Origin: Marsupella aquatica
Lineage: Eukaryota; Plantae; Marchantiophyta
Assembly (NCBI GenBank): GCA_973895155.1
Contig: OZ316894.1
Location: 9,399,440-9,463,439 of the forward strand
Reading direction: 5' to 3'
DNA: 64,000 nucleotides
A program made the position numbers and the translations under genes. The notes below the pieces were generated by a model that was given only the letters and a program-made list of their open reading frames with translations, was not told the DNA's origin and did not search any database. Shown in pieces: positions 52,042 through 64,000 of the stretch (its first letter is position 1; every line of letters starts with the position of its first letter).

Positions 52042-54289
52042 CATTCGTGAAAAGGTAATGAACGATCTGCCAATTAGTTTATATCCAAGTCTATATATTG
52101 GCATAAGAAAGTTTCAATATAATCTGTCTAGAATGAACCATGCCAACAGATTCTCTTTTTGAAAGATCATCCGGATCGGGTTGCGCCTGTTTTGGAGAAC
52201 GAATTGTATCAGTGGGGAAGTGGCTTGCCCATATGTCCAAGTTGTGAGGATTTCAAATAAACAAAAGACTGCCTATTTTTCTCGTGCGTGCCCGTGTGAA
52301 GCTTCCGTGGGGATCGCTGAAGTATCTCACCTGGAGGACCATTGAGGACATGTCCTCGACGTGGCAATAACCTCTTATTGATCATGACCAAAGCTACTAT
52401 ATCATTGTCATCAATAGGTTGTGCCAGTATTCGTGAGAAACGGTATTACAACACATAGATTGCCAATGTCCGCAGAGAGTAATAGCTTAGCAGTTACCTC
52501 GAGATTTGGGTATGGCACCATTGGTGAACGTCATCGTTCTCGGTGAGCGAGTTGACATAAGCTTTGAGGAATCTCCCCACCTAGAAAGGTAGTGTCTGAA
52601 TGGAGAATTTAAGAGAATTTAAGCAAGTTGACGTACGTAGGCGACAAGAAACTCGTTGCTGGAACCCTCCAGTGCCCTATATTCTTCATGGATGCCTAGC
52701 CTCTCACGTACTGGCTGCGAAACGCATGCAGACGTTTTGATAGTATAGTCGGGATGATGTGGCTAGATTTAATACTCTCGAATCCTTTCTCATTCCTCTT
52801 TCATGACATTCATTGAACCGTACCTAGCTTTTCGTAAGGCTGATGTTCGTTCTCACTTTGCTCCATTTTAACCATTGCTGTGCAACTGCTCTTTCCTTTC
52901 CCGCAATGTTCCAGTATCATTTTGATGTGGATTACCTCTCCGACTCAACAATTAATAAAAGCAATTATATTTGAGAAGGTAAATTGCATTGGTGATGGAC
53001 GAGGATGGTACTTCGTGATTGTCCCCCAAAGAAACAGTGTGAAAGTTGGTCAAGCATGTTTGAAAGTTTGCATGTTAGTCCTGAGATTGGATACGGCAAA
53101 TCCTGGTTTTCTCCCTTCCTCCAGGGAGTTGGATACTCGCTAACCCTGGTCTTCTCCCTTCCCCTACAGCGTGCTCATTAATGGGGGGCCCAGACTGCTT
53201 GTGAATAAGTAATTCGTACGTGACAGATCCATAGCCTTAGATAATTGGAACTATGTGAGGAAAAATCAATGTCCATCGTGTCATGACTACATCCATGTTC
53301 CCTGGTTTATTATCAATGAAAAGCTCTCATATTTATGTCCAGATGGACAACGATCTCGTCACCGTGGGACAAATGTTTCTGGGCCCATCAGGCTCGAAAA
53401 CTCGTGCTCATCTCGAATCTGATCTTGCTCTTCTTCTAACCTATATAGCATAGGGAAATAGATCGCACAGCGAGATGCATATTGATCGAGGAAAGCATAT
53501 TGGTGTCCTGAATGACTTTTCCACACATGCGCAGACACAACTCTTGTGAACTGTCCCAGTCATGAACTCTGCCAAAGGTTTACCTACAGCTGCCAAAACT
53601 TGAATCTTACACCAAGCGAAACTTGAAACTTTACTTTCCAACATGCTTAGACTCACGCGGCCGCCGGCCGGCCTGAATAAGTTTCAAAGTGACAGTGTTT
53701 TGAAATGTTGATGTTGTCGATCACAGCAAGTTAGTGATCACTAGGCAATCTGCCCGAACTTTCTGACTCCCAGCCAGACCACGTACCCAAAAGAATGCGA
53801 TCCAGCCTGCATTCGCAATTAAATCCATTCGTCTCAAAACACGATCAGACGTAGCTCAAGATCCTCCCACAATTTGATTCGTTCGAGATGTTAAAGTCAG
53901 TTCTACATGCCCGGATCCATTCAGCTTACATCGCTTTAAACATCACTCTAATGGCGTCTGGTGAGATAGGAAATGTCTGTATACGTTGCAAGCTAGTTGC
54001 AATCGGTTTAACCTGAGGGCCAACTTGACGCCTTGCGTCAAGTAAAAACGTCAAATGACGGGCCAGAAACGACCCATTTGAAGCATGTTCTGCATTATTC
54101 CCCCGCCGGGCATTCCCGAACCTCGTCCCGACCCGGTCCCGGGATCCCCCGGACTCCCCCGGTCTAGCGAGGCGTTCCCCGGGGAAATCATATTATTTCC
54201 TGGTGCTTTACGCTACCAAGTTCTCTTCATCATACTTTTGCTCCACTCTCCGAGATATCTGGGAGCGTTCCTCTTAGACATACTGCGAG

Positions 54290-55200
54290 CTCCACTCCAT
54301 CCCCTTCCACTCCATCCCGTACGGATGTTGTCTTGTGGCTGCCGTTTGTACCTTACCACATCCACGCGCCTTCGGTTGGGTCTTCCTCACCCTTGCCTCT
54401 TGGGTCAGCCCACTTGCGTCTGTGGTGCGCCCCTTGATGGGCAAGGCATTCACATTCTCAGGTGCGGTCATGGTAGTGAGAGGACTGCGACACACGACGA
54501 CATTCGGGACGTGGTGGTGGCCATTGCCCGTGATTCTGGTTACCATGTCATGATGGAGCAGAGACATGTGTTACCTCCACGGGATGGGGTTTCTGATCGC
54601 CGTCGTGCAGATTTGGTATTCTCTCGCGCTGGTGTTCGTGCCCTTGGGGATGTCGTTGTTGCTGATCCGACTAGTGGGGCCAACGTGGCTTCGACGGCTC
54701 ATATACCTGGCCATGCCGCCGCGAGGGCAGCTCGGCTGAAGGAGGAGGCCTATGCTGTGCGGTACCCCGGGGACCTCTTCTACCCGTTTGCCGTGGAGGT
54801 CTTTGGGGCGCTACACCCATCCTTTGACCGTTTTCTTCGCTCTTGCGCAGTTCAGTACGTCGAGCGGAGGCCCTATCCCCCTGTGTCGGTCATCACTGCA
54901 TTCTTTAGACAGAGGGTGTCTGTTGCGCTTCAGCGGGCACAGGCGTTCACTATTCTTCGTAGGGGGGAGACTGTTGGTCTTAGGGCCGCTAGTAGGATTC
55001 CTTTGCTTGACTCCCCCATGCAGTTCACACCGGAGCTTTACCAGGCTCTCCAGTTTGCTGATAGGTAGGCGTTTGGGTTCCTGTCTTTGAGTTTGCTTTT
55101 CTTGGCCTCTTGGTGGTTTCCCCCCTTGATTGGGTCTTTTGCCTGTGGGATCATGTCTCCCGATTGGCGCCCTCTGTTTTTTGGCAGTTTGATATATATA
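54290..55200 (+). mobile_element. 5'-truncated RLE-type (CRE-clade-like) non-LTR retrotransposon with an open zinc-knuckle and endonuclease frame
   Basis: Within ORF 54085-55068: RLRLGLP, CCHC knuckle CVCG-x7-IHILRC, THDDIRD (RHD-like), E..H, RRADLV, GDV, LKEEAY, PFAVEVFG and SVALQRAQA. This is the PD-(D/E)xK RLE layout of R2-group elements. A T-rich 3'UTR ends in gatatatata. No RT domain is present. Confidence 0.85.
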
Positions 55201-55344
55201 CCTTACCCAGTACCTTACTCTTCTTGGTTGCCTGCGTTTCACTTTGGCTCCTGTATTTAGGTGGGCCACCCGCTGAGGTCCCTCAATCATTCATCGTGAA
55301 TCAATAAACTATTTACAAGTTTGTAACAATCCAATGTGACAACC

Positions 55345-55840
55345 AGCCTGCAGCAGTCAACACCGCAACAACGGTAAAGAATATGACGGTCGATATCAGA
55401 CAGGCAGCAATTGCTAGGACCCTGATGTACATACTCGTGAGAGCAGTGAAGGAAAGGGCAGCAACAGCCCCGTCAGCTGCCAGTGACCCCAGCAGTGCTA
55501 CAATCATAGTGGTCACCGTTGCTGTTATATAAAGAGCAGGAATACGAAAAGTTCTGCTCAAGCCAATAGACGTTATAATCCCGCTCTGCATGGGACACGG
55601 CGCATTGGCGAAATGCCAGTCAGGTCATTAAATTGAATCCCTCGTTTAGGAAGGTAGAGCTAAATAGCGAGCCAGAACCCAGCAAAGCAGATTAGACTTC
55701 TACCGAGAAACGTGAGGGAAATACTGGAAGAGAGTACGACAGACCAGGAACTGCCTGCAAGAATTGAACAAAGACCAGAGCAGTAGTGTAAAAGGTGACA
55801 ATCCCAGATACGGTATACTCCTTCCTTTCGTCCATGGATG
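55345..55840 (-). pseudogene. Decayed multi-pass membrane protein gene fragment (family unknown)
   Basis: Hydrophobic segments lie in broken frames (GIVTFYTTALVFVQFL; LYITATVTTMIVALLG; VLAIAACLISTVIFFTVVAVLTAAG), and a paralogous piece occurs at ~61951-62118. Confidence 0.4.
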
Positions 55841-56656
55841 CCGTTGCTTGCCTTTTTCGACGATGTAAGAGTCCTGTTGCGCTCGGGAGTGCAAAGGGGT
55901 ACGCTTGGTGGGATATATAATTTTGGAAAAAGCTAAAAGAAATCCACTGCAGGCAGGGAAAGTGAAGAAACATTCACAGCAAAGACAACCACAAACACAA
56001 ACAAGAAGAAAAAAATCGTCTGATTTTATTAAAGTCCGTAAATTGATCGGTTTCACACTTCCCCATATCCGCAGGCAAGTTCTCTAGATAAGGTAGGACG
56101 ATCAGAATTGCTATATTTCCCAATACAATTATGCATCGCTGTTCAAGTCGTATTGACTGCAGCACCGAAAAGAACAGAGTTCACTTATAAGAGGACTGGT
56201 CCTTTAAGGGGGTCTGGCCGCTGGAACGGGCGCTTGGAGAACCTAGACACTTGAAATATATTTTACAAATCGCGATAGATTATGCTTGGTCCAGCTAGTT
56301 CTTCCAGTTTGGTCGCAGAAGAAATTTTGCCCACTCCTACTGCAATTATTTTAACCGCAAAGAATTTTCCTGCAGCCTTGGAGCGGTACAGTATTGTCTG
56401 TAACAAGGTAGGTTATGATATGGCAGCTCCTGCTACCAAGCCAATCGAAAATTACTCCAAAAAACGTCCATCCTAAACAGCTGGACTACCCCGGCCCGCA
56501 CATCTGCATGTCTTGGGTTGATATGTCTAGCTAGGAAGGTGCACTGCTCTGAAGAAGCGCTTCGACGCTGCTTGCATGTAAATTGCCGATACTTCATCAT
56601 GCATGACACGTTAGTAATCGAACGCACAAAACTATCTTATTTAATCGGCTAACCGA

Positions 56657-56751
56657 GATCATCAATCGGGAGTTGATCAATAACTGTGCCGAAACACAGT
56701 AAAGAAATCATGAAGATCAATCGGGAGTTGATCAATAACTGTGCCGAAACC
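56657..56751. repeat. ~56-bp-period direct duplication
   Basis: atcaatcgggagttgatcaataactgtgccgaaac occurs twice. Confidence 0.85.
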
Positions 56752-57454
56752 AGGTGACACCAATTGCACTCGCATTTCCTCTATCTCTCGATATTTGGAC
56801 GCGCGATTCTGAAAAACAGGTCTTCGTGCAAACGTCAACAATTCATTCATGGCATAGGTCACTCGGTCATCGGTCACGTACATGCAAGACACTCCAATGA
56901 TCAAAGTCGCGTCGGTGGTTGCGTCTGTACCGGGGAGGTTGTTGCGTCGGTAGCCACACGGCCAGGCCGGGACGAGAGGTCGAGTCGGTGCCTAGCACTC
57001 GCGCGGCTACGAGGCAACTCGCTTGTTGGGGTTCTGAGAAATGCGGCCCTTGCATGTACTAGAAGGTCCTCAAAAATAGGCCCTTATGTTACCCGACGGG
57101 CACTCTAAGAGTGGTAGAGACATTTATGTCTCAATCCCCTTCCGAGGTAGGAAGCATTATTCAAGGGCAAGGCAGGCCGGAACGTTTTTTACTCTTTATG
57201 TCCCCACTCTTGATGTCCTCACCTTCAACAAATGAAACACATCTTTCCAAGACTGATTCTGTGTAGATTTGTAATGCACTTTTTATGGATAATGTCCTAG
57301 TGGTAAAGGCCTATTTGTCAGGACCTTGTACATGCAAGACTAACCTTAGGGCTGTCTTGCATACAGTGACGGTCTTGAAAATACCAAATACCGGCTCTTT
57401 AAATGATCAGGTGGCGGAATGATTGAGTGTTTCGTGCCATTCCCCCCTCCAGCG

Positions 57455-57546
57455 CCAGTCCTGAGGGCTGTATTTGAGGAGTCTCAAGGGCAAGGGCCAG
57501 AGCCAGTCCTGAGGGCTGTATTTGAGTAGTCTCAAGGGCAAGGGCC
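57455..57546. repeat. 48-bp tandem duplication
   Basis: gccagtcctgagggctgtatttgag(g/t)agtctcaaggg(g)caagggcc occurs twice. A separate 31-bp duplication, ctcgtgtccctctatgtcagttaccaatcata, lies at 57790-57853. Confidence 0.85.
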
Positions 57547-58472
57547 TGAAACTTATTCCCTTCCCTATTATGTGCAGATTTCAGATCTCATGTTCACTAC
57601 AAATTTGGGTTTGGTTAGGGCAGGCTTTTTGAGTACTCTCGCACATGCAAGACAGCCCCTTCAGAAAGCATATGTTGATTCACAAGAAAATCTGGTCAAG
57701 TGCAACGTGGGCAGCCTAAACCTACAGCCAAATCATAGGCGAAAATTAAAGCATATATATATTGATGAAGTGGGCAGCGCACAAGGAAGCTCGTGTCCCT
57801 CTATGTCAGTTACCAATCATACTCGTGTCCCTCTATGTCAGTTACCAATCATAGGGCGATCATAGGGACACTGGCATAGCAAATGTGGACCCAAGGATCC
57901 ACCACTTTCGGATGGCTGCTCCGCTCTTTGCTCACTCCTGCGCACGTACTTCCAAGGCAAGTCCAACAACGATTGTCAAGCGGGAACCAAGGGAAGGGAT
58001 TGTTGCATTTCCTTGGGTATATAGTAGCAAACGCATGAGCTAACATCGCACTTGGAGCGGTCGAGCAAATCAACGACGAACTGACAGTGCAGGGGTCATG
58101 AAGTACTGCAGGCAGACACAGTGCGAAGTACTCAAAGGCTTCGCCCGATGTGAGTGCAAGGCCAAGCCGCGGCACTCTATCTCAATCACGGAGACGAGAG
58201 TAAGTACTTCGGCTGATCGAGCATCAGACTAGAGGTCTTCTTTTCGGATCTCACTCTCTGGGGTTTCGGGGCCATCACAACAACTGCAAACAATCACAGA
58301 CACAAGAATAAGTAAGCTGGCTGGAGCTCTTCCTTTCCAATTCAGCAGACGATTTGAACAGTTCTCCGTTACTGCGGTCTGACAGTTCTCATCACTGAAA
58401 GTTTCTCGAGCCGGCTGCTGTATAACTATTATTCTCAATTGCATCCCAGGGACGACGATAAGGAAGCTGATC

Positions 58473-61175
58473 ATGGGAACGGAGTCACCCCCTCCACTTC
58501 TGTTCACTAATGTGGTCCTCACCACCGTCGAGCCGCTCGACAAGACGTCTCATGTGGAGAAAATCGATGCAACGGATGCAGATGATTTCCTCAGGGACTC
58601 GTATTTACCCTCAGCTTTTGCCTACAGACTGGCGGACAACTCCGACGCTTTGTACATGGAGACGGTCAATCGGATTCGACAAGGTGTGCGGAAGGTGCTG
58701 GTTCCGTTCTTCCCATGGGCCGGCCGATGGATTGCAATCCCTGGAGGTACGGGCCGCCAGCTGCTGTGCAACGATAAAGGCATTCCGTTTAGAGAAGCGT
58801 ATGTGGACAAGGATCTGGACTTAGTTGTGGGCTTCTCTGCGGAATTCCGACCTGTCCCGGAGCTGCAAGGCTACAGCGTTCTTGGCATGCAGGAGGTGAA
58901 TTTCAAACAACAGATGCTGCCAGATGGCCTTCCTTGTGCATTCGTCCAAGTAAGTTCACGGGCAACTTCCTTCATACTTAGCTACCATACGGTTGCTGAT
59001 TTTGCACTTTTGGCCTAAATTTCGGTCTGAAATGGAAATGGAGAGCGATCTTTTCTAACGCATCTGGAATTGAAACGCACATTTACGGACTGCTCCTTGA
59101 TCGAACATTATAAATCTCGGACTGGCTGGAGCTATGAATGTAATAGCTCTTAGAACGGATGAGTGTTTTGTTTTTGAAAGAGCTCCTTGAACTCCACGAC
59201 ATGCATTGATATTACAAATTATAGTACACAAAATCCACATTTAACTGCTGTATCTATCCGATACAGAATATAACACAGCAGTAGGTTCGTACTAGCTAGT
59301 TAGTCTTCCAGCGCACGACATCCATACGCTCCAGCGCATGATGCTCCCCTTCGTTCGATATGCAATTGATTGTATGGTCACAAGGTTTCAAATCGCGAAA
59401 CCAAAAATGGGAGGCACGAAGGAAGCTGGCACGTGGGTTAAGGTTCAAATTAGGACATTGTCACTTTTACACTCATCACTGTTTGTGGGCAGTAAAATGA
59501 GTGCAAATTCTCGCTTGGTACTGATAATGCACCCAGAAACCTTCCATGTGGTTATATCTCGTGAGTTCTTTCCTGTTGTTCCATGTGGTGTTGAGTGTGA
59601 GATAGACAGGCTCTATGGAAATTGGCACATGCACTCCCTACCAACCAGCCCATACGTTTTGTGACAAAGTCTCCTTTTATTAAGTTTTGCATAACCCTTT
59701 GACAGTGAGTCACTAAAGTCTTTATCTTATAAAGAACTCATGATATGACACTGGGAAGAATGAACAGTGTATTGTCCTCCATAGAGAGTAGATACCTCTC
59801 AGATCTAGCTTAATGAAGATGGAAATTAGTTTTTACTTATCTAAAATATTTTGCCTTTCAAACAGGTCACACGCTTCAAATGTGGGGGCCTGGTCCTTGG
59901 TGTCACCTTCAATCACATTGCTCGCGGATGGTAGGAGTTTTATGCATTTCATGACAGCCTGGTCAGATTTCACTCGAACTGACAAAACGGACATGATTTT
60001 GGACCACAATCGAGGCGCGATACAGAGATCAACCCGTGGATCCCGCCCATCTTTCACTTCGACTGATGTACCAATAAAAGCATGGAGGACGAAATGTTAC
60101 GAGGTAATAACCCGGGTAAACAGCGTTGCTGTTTTCATGTATCCAAGTTTTGGGTGAGCGTTATGGTACTTGGGTGCAATTCATTCACGGGCCTTAACAT
60201 AAAGTTGAAAACTGTTGTACGATCCTTTTCTGGTGTATAATTACCAGTTTATATATACTAGCGCAGCACCAAAGATTTGTCCTGTACTTGTCTGTCTCTT
60301 AGGTCAACGCATCAGTCATCGAATCTCTCAAACAGGAAGTTAAAAGGGGTGCGGATGGAGCATACGTGAGCACAATGGATTGCATCTACGCTCACATGTG
60401 GAAAACTGTGTCAAGTCTGCCTTGCTCGATCATCAGTGGAAAAGAAATTGGAATGCTGAATGCTGTTGATGGGAGAACCAAGTTCTATGATCCTCCAGTG
60501 CCAAATTTGTTAGGAAATATCTTTACAGAGATGAGGGCGCCGAAGATTCCAACTACCGAACTTTTGCATATGCCTTTGTCTATCATTGCGAGCAAGATCC
60601 GTGACAAGATCAATACAACGAGTCGCGAAGCATGGCTTTCTCCCGAAAGGTATATGTCTGGAGTAATAATAATATATATATTGTACAATGATTGGCAGCA
60701 TCGAGTGTATCTTCTTGCTCCTTTGCATCTGCGGAGACCCTGGCGTCCCATGGCTGATTTGGGTTTCAGTATTCATTTGATGTCATTCCACGTTGTTATC
60801 TGATTCAATTTATATATTGTCCATCTACCAAATATAGACATTAATATCAATTCTGTCTGTGATGTTTCATGCAGGCTAGGAGAAGTAATGGATGCCGTTG
60901 TGAATGATAATATATTGCCATGGGCACAGACTAGCTGGAGTTCCTTTCCAGTGTATAAAATCGATTTTGGGTTTGGCAACCCATTTTTTGTACCAGGGCT
61001 GAACAGCGTATTTTCTGCGGAAAGGTTGGGTATGAACTATGTCGGCCCTCCTACTCCCGGTGTTTTTTCTTCCGCTGCATTTATGCAGATTGCATCTACT
61101 CCACAGGTTCTGGAGGCTCTTGAACATCATCCAGATTTTTTGCCCTTTTTCCTTCCTCAAAAAAGTGTTAAATAG
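58473..61175 (+). pseudogene. BAHD acyltransferase, copy 2, with a +1 frameshift in HxxxD (young pseudogene, null allele or sequencing error)
   Basis: It has the same exon structure as copy 1 (58473-58949, 59866-60103, 60303-60649, 60875-61175). Exon 2 reads CAC ATT GCT CGC GGA TGG TAG against copy 1 CAC ATG CTC TCG GAC GGC, so an extra T at 59918/9 gives a stop at 59932-59934. Confidence 0.85.
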
Positions 61176-62599
61176 AGTTCTTCCAATAGGTTTATATCAA
61201 GTCTATTGGCATAAGAGAGTTCCAAAATTATCTCTAGAATGAACCATGCCAACAGCCCCTATAATTTGAGAGATCATCGCGGTTGCGCCTTTTTTGGAGA
61301 ATAAATTGTATCAGTGGGGGAGTCACTTAGCCCAGATGTCCAAGTTGTGTCGATTCAGAATAAACAAAAGACTGCCTATTTTTCTCGTGCCCGTGTGAAG
61401 CGTCCGTGGAGATCGCTGAAGTATCTCACCTGGAGGACCATTGAGGACATGTCCTCGACCTTGCAATAACCTCTTATATATTGATCATGACCAAAGCTAC
61501 TATATCATTGGTATCAACAGGTTGTGCCAGTATTCGTGAGAAACCGGGTTACAACACACAGATTATCAATGTCTGAAGAATGTAATAACTTAGAAGTTAC
61601 CTCGAGATTTGGGTATCGCAGCAGTGGTAAACGTCATCGTTCTCTCGGTGAGCGAGTTGACAGAAGCTTTGCGGGATCTCCCCACCTACAAGGTAGTGTT
61701 TGAATGGAGAATTTCAGCAAGTTGACCTAGCTAGGCGACACGACCAGACGTAGCCCGGATGCTATCAGCTTACTTCGCTTTAAAAATTCACTCGAATGCC
61801 GTCTCGTGAGATCGGAAATGACTGTATATGATAAAAGTTGCAGAGAGATGTTGGTGCTCGAATGGTACAGCCACTAAAAATGTACTGCATCGCCCGACGC
61901 TGAAGCCCCAGAGTGCCTTCAAAGGCATCACCCGACCGAACGATACCAAATCACACAGAGACACCCAATGTGATACTTAGCTTGTGTGCGGAAACAAGGA
62001 AAAGTGAAGGAATTAAGGACAATGAACCTGCAGCAGTCAACACCGCAACAACGGTAAAGAATACGACGGTCGATAACACACAGGCAGCGATTGACCCCGA
62101 TGTAGATACGCGTGAGAGCTTTGCAGAATCTGCCCACCTACAGCGGTAGTGTCTGAATCGAATGCAGAATTTACACAAGTTGAATGGGCAACAAGTACTC
62201 CTTGCTGGAACCGTCCAGCGCCCTACATTCTTCATGGATGCCTCTCACTGGCTGCGAAAGCATTCAGGCTTTCTTGTAGTTTCGACTATGCTAGCTAGGG
62301 ATCATAGCTATGCGTGAGTTTATGCTCTCGTTTTCTCAGTACGTTTGCTGTATTTTTACTAGTGCTGTGCAATTGCTCTTTCCTTTCCACCTTTGTCTCC
62401 GCTCAATACTCGAATCTCGTTTTGAGATTGATTCACTCTTCGAGTGATCAAGTTATTAAAGCCATTGTTAATGGACAAGGATGGGTCTTCGAGGTTATTC
62501 CCCGACGGATGAAAGACTCTGCAATCTCAACTTTGGAAAGGAGGGCGCCAAGGATTTTTGAAAGTTGGCACTGATGCGAGCACTGATGTCATGAGACTT

Positions 62600-62715
62600 G
62601 CTGGGTTTTCCCCTTTGTTTCTCCCAGTTTATTGGGTTTTTGTGCCTTCGGATCGTGTCTCGCGCAATGTACATAATGCATGCTAAGCGCTAATTTGTTC
62701 TTTGGCAGTGATCAA
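62600..62715 (+). mobile_element. 3'-tail-only remnant of the RLE retroelement family
   Basis: ttattgggtttttgtgccttcggatcgtgtctc...tttggcagtgat matches the tails at ~48310-48375 and ~55130-55195. Confidence 0.6.
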
Positions 62716-63599
62716 TACGTACCCAAAGCTTCTAGTCAGATATATAGTAATACTTTTCTCGTTCTACATAATAGCTAAAAGAGCAGTGTTATCTTGATTT
62801 CCATACAACAAACTTTCTTTTGTTTGGTATGGGTCCTTTACCCAAAAATAATTTCAAATATTGTTCAAATCAGGCGGAAAGCTGAAGGAGAAGGATACAA
62901 GAGGAGGCTCAAAATCAGGCTCACAGTTAGGGCATACGGCTGCCGCCACAGTGCTGCTTGTAGCTCAGAATTGGAACTTCGCTGATCCGGGTATGGAGGC
63001 TTCAACATGATTACAAGGATATCATGGATTTTTTGATTGAGCTGGATGGGAGGTGGAAGCTGTCTGGCGGTGCAATGCAAAGGCATAGAACATGTTGCTA
63101 TACTTGCACTATAATAATGTATAACTGGCAGTATGGGGTTTGTTCTCCATAGTAAATTGATAACATTTGCAAAAATGTGCATGCAGACATTATTTACCTT
63201 AATCACTTCAATCGGTATACTGTGTGCATGCATGTCTTTTATAAGTGATCACACTTATCAATACCACAAAATTGAAAATTATATTGTATCAAATTGATCT
63301 TTTAATAATAGCAAGGGCAGGTAATTTTATGTTCTTGCAAAAAATAGCATTGAAGAGATATTAGAGAGGGGTCGAGCTGCTCACACCTACGTACTATACC
63401 CCTTCATTTTACAAAGGCTGGGGGCCCAGGGTTCACATGTAGGTTCCATTAGTTTGCAAATAACCAGGGCCCAGGGTCCAAGTCACAGGCATTGATGCAT
63501 GCATTGACAACAACAGTCAGCACATGGGTATTGTTGCACTGATGGCAACAACAATGACCACAATGACAATTGTGCAACGCACATGTTTGAGGCTAGTGA

Positions 63600-64000
63600 C
63601 ATATATCACACTGCCAAAAACAAAATGTACCCGATTACTGGGAGACACGACCCCAAAGGCAGGAGACTCTCAGTCAATTAAACTCACAATTAAAGGGAGA
63701 AAACAACGGAAAAATATCCAAGGAATTCAAAAGAGCCAAAAGGCCCCCACAACAGTCCCCCACAAAGAAAACTCATTGATACCAAAAAACCCTATTGAGA
63801 GGCAAACTCAAAAGCCTAAGTCTACAGCTCTAGGGTACACCACAAAGGAGGGTTGCAAAGATCAATGGGAGCAGGACGACAAATAACACTAGAATCCTTG
63901 GTAGAGCTGATGTGGAGAACAACCCAATCAAGGGAAAAGGGAGGGGGAAAAGCCTACTATTTCTACTCCATATAGCTATTCTCATATTATCTTGTGCCTG
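63600..64000 (-). mobile_element. Diverged - strand copy of the RLE retroelement 3' end, possibly running off the window
   Basis: The reverse complement reads gcctttggggtcgtgtctccc...ttttgtttttggcagtgtgatatat. Similarity further toward 64000 is weak. Confidence 0.65.

Noticed and set aside
59905-59940. Programmed frameshift or alternative splice rescuing BAHD copy 2
   Set aside because: There is no slippery heptamer and no nearby splice site that would restore frame while keeping the catalytic His.

Overview
Eukaryotic land-plant nuclear DNA with GT-AG introns and TE-rich intergenic regions; the proteins look like those of a non-seed plant such as a bryophyte or lycophyte, but this is inference. 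I reconstructed seven spliced gene models by hand: PP1 catalytic subunit (-), CRR6 (+), EFL1 GTPase (-), TOC64/OM64-type amidase-TPR protein (-), SURP/CID splicing factor of the CHERP/SWAP1 type (+), and two tandem BAHD acyltransferases (+). The second BAHD copy has a +1 frameshift inside the catalytic HxxxD motif. Mobile DNA includes a non-autonomous Helitron with intact ends carrying a nested TIR element with a 7-bp TSD, an L1 remnant interrupted by a MITE, several MITE or foldback elements, and tRNA-like SINE-type arms. There are also four pieces of a restriction-like-endonuclease (CRE-like) non-LTR retrotransposon family, one with an open zinc-knuckle/RLE frame. The best leads are the TOC64-like protein that keeps the full Lys-cisSer-Ser amidase triad, the RLE retroelement family, and the BAHD duplicate. 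I found no CRISPR, rRNA or intact tRNA, and I cannot claim a wholly new system from sequence alone. All coordinates were read manually and may be off by a few bases for repeats.
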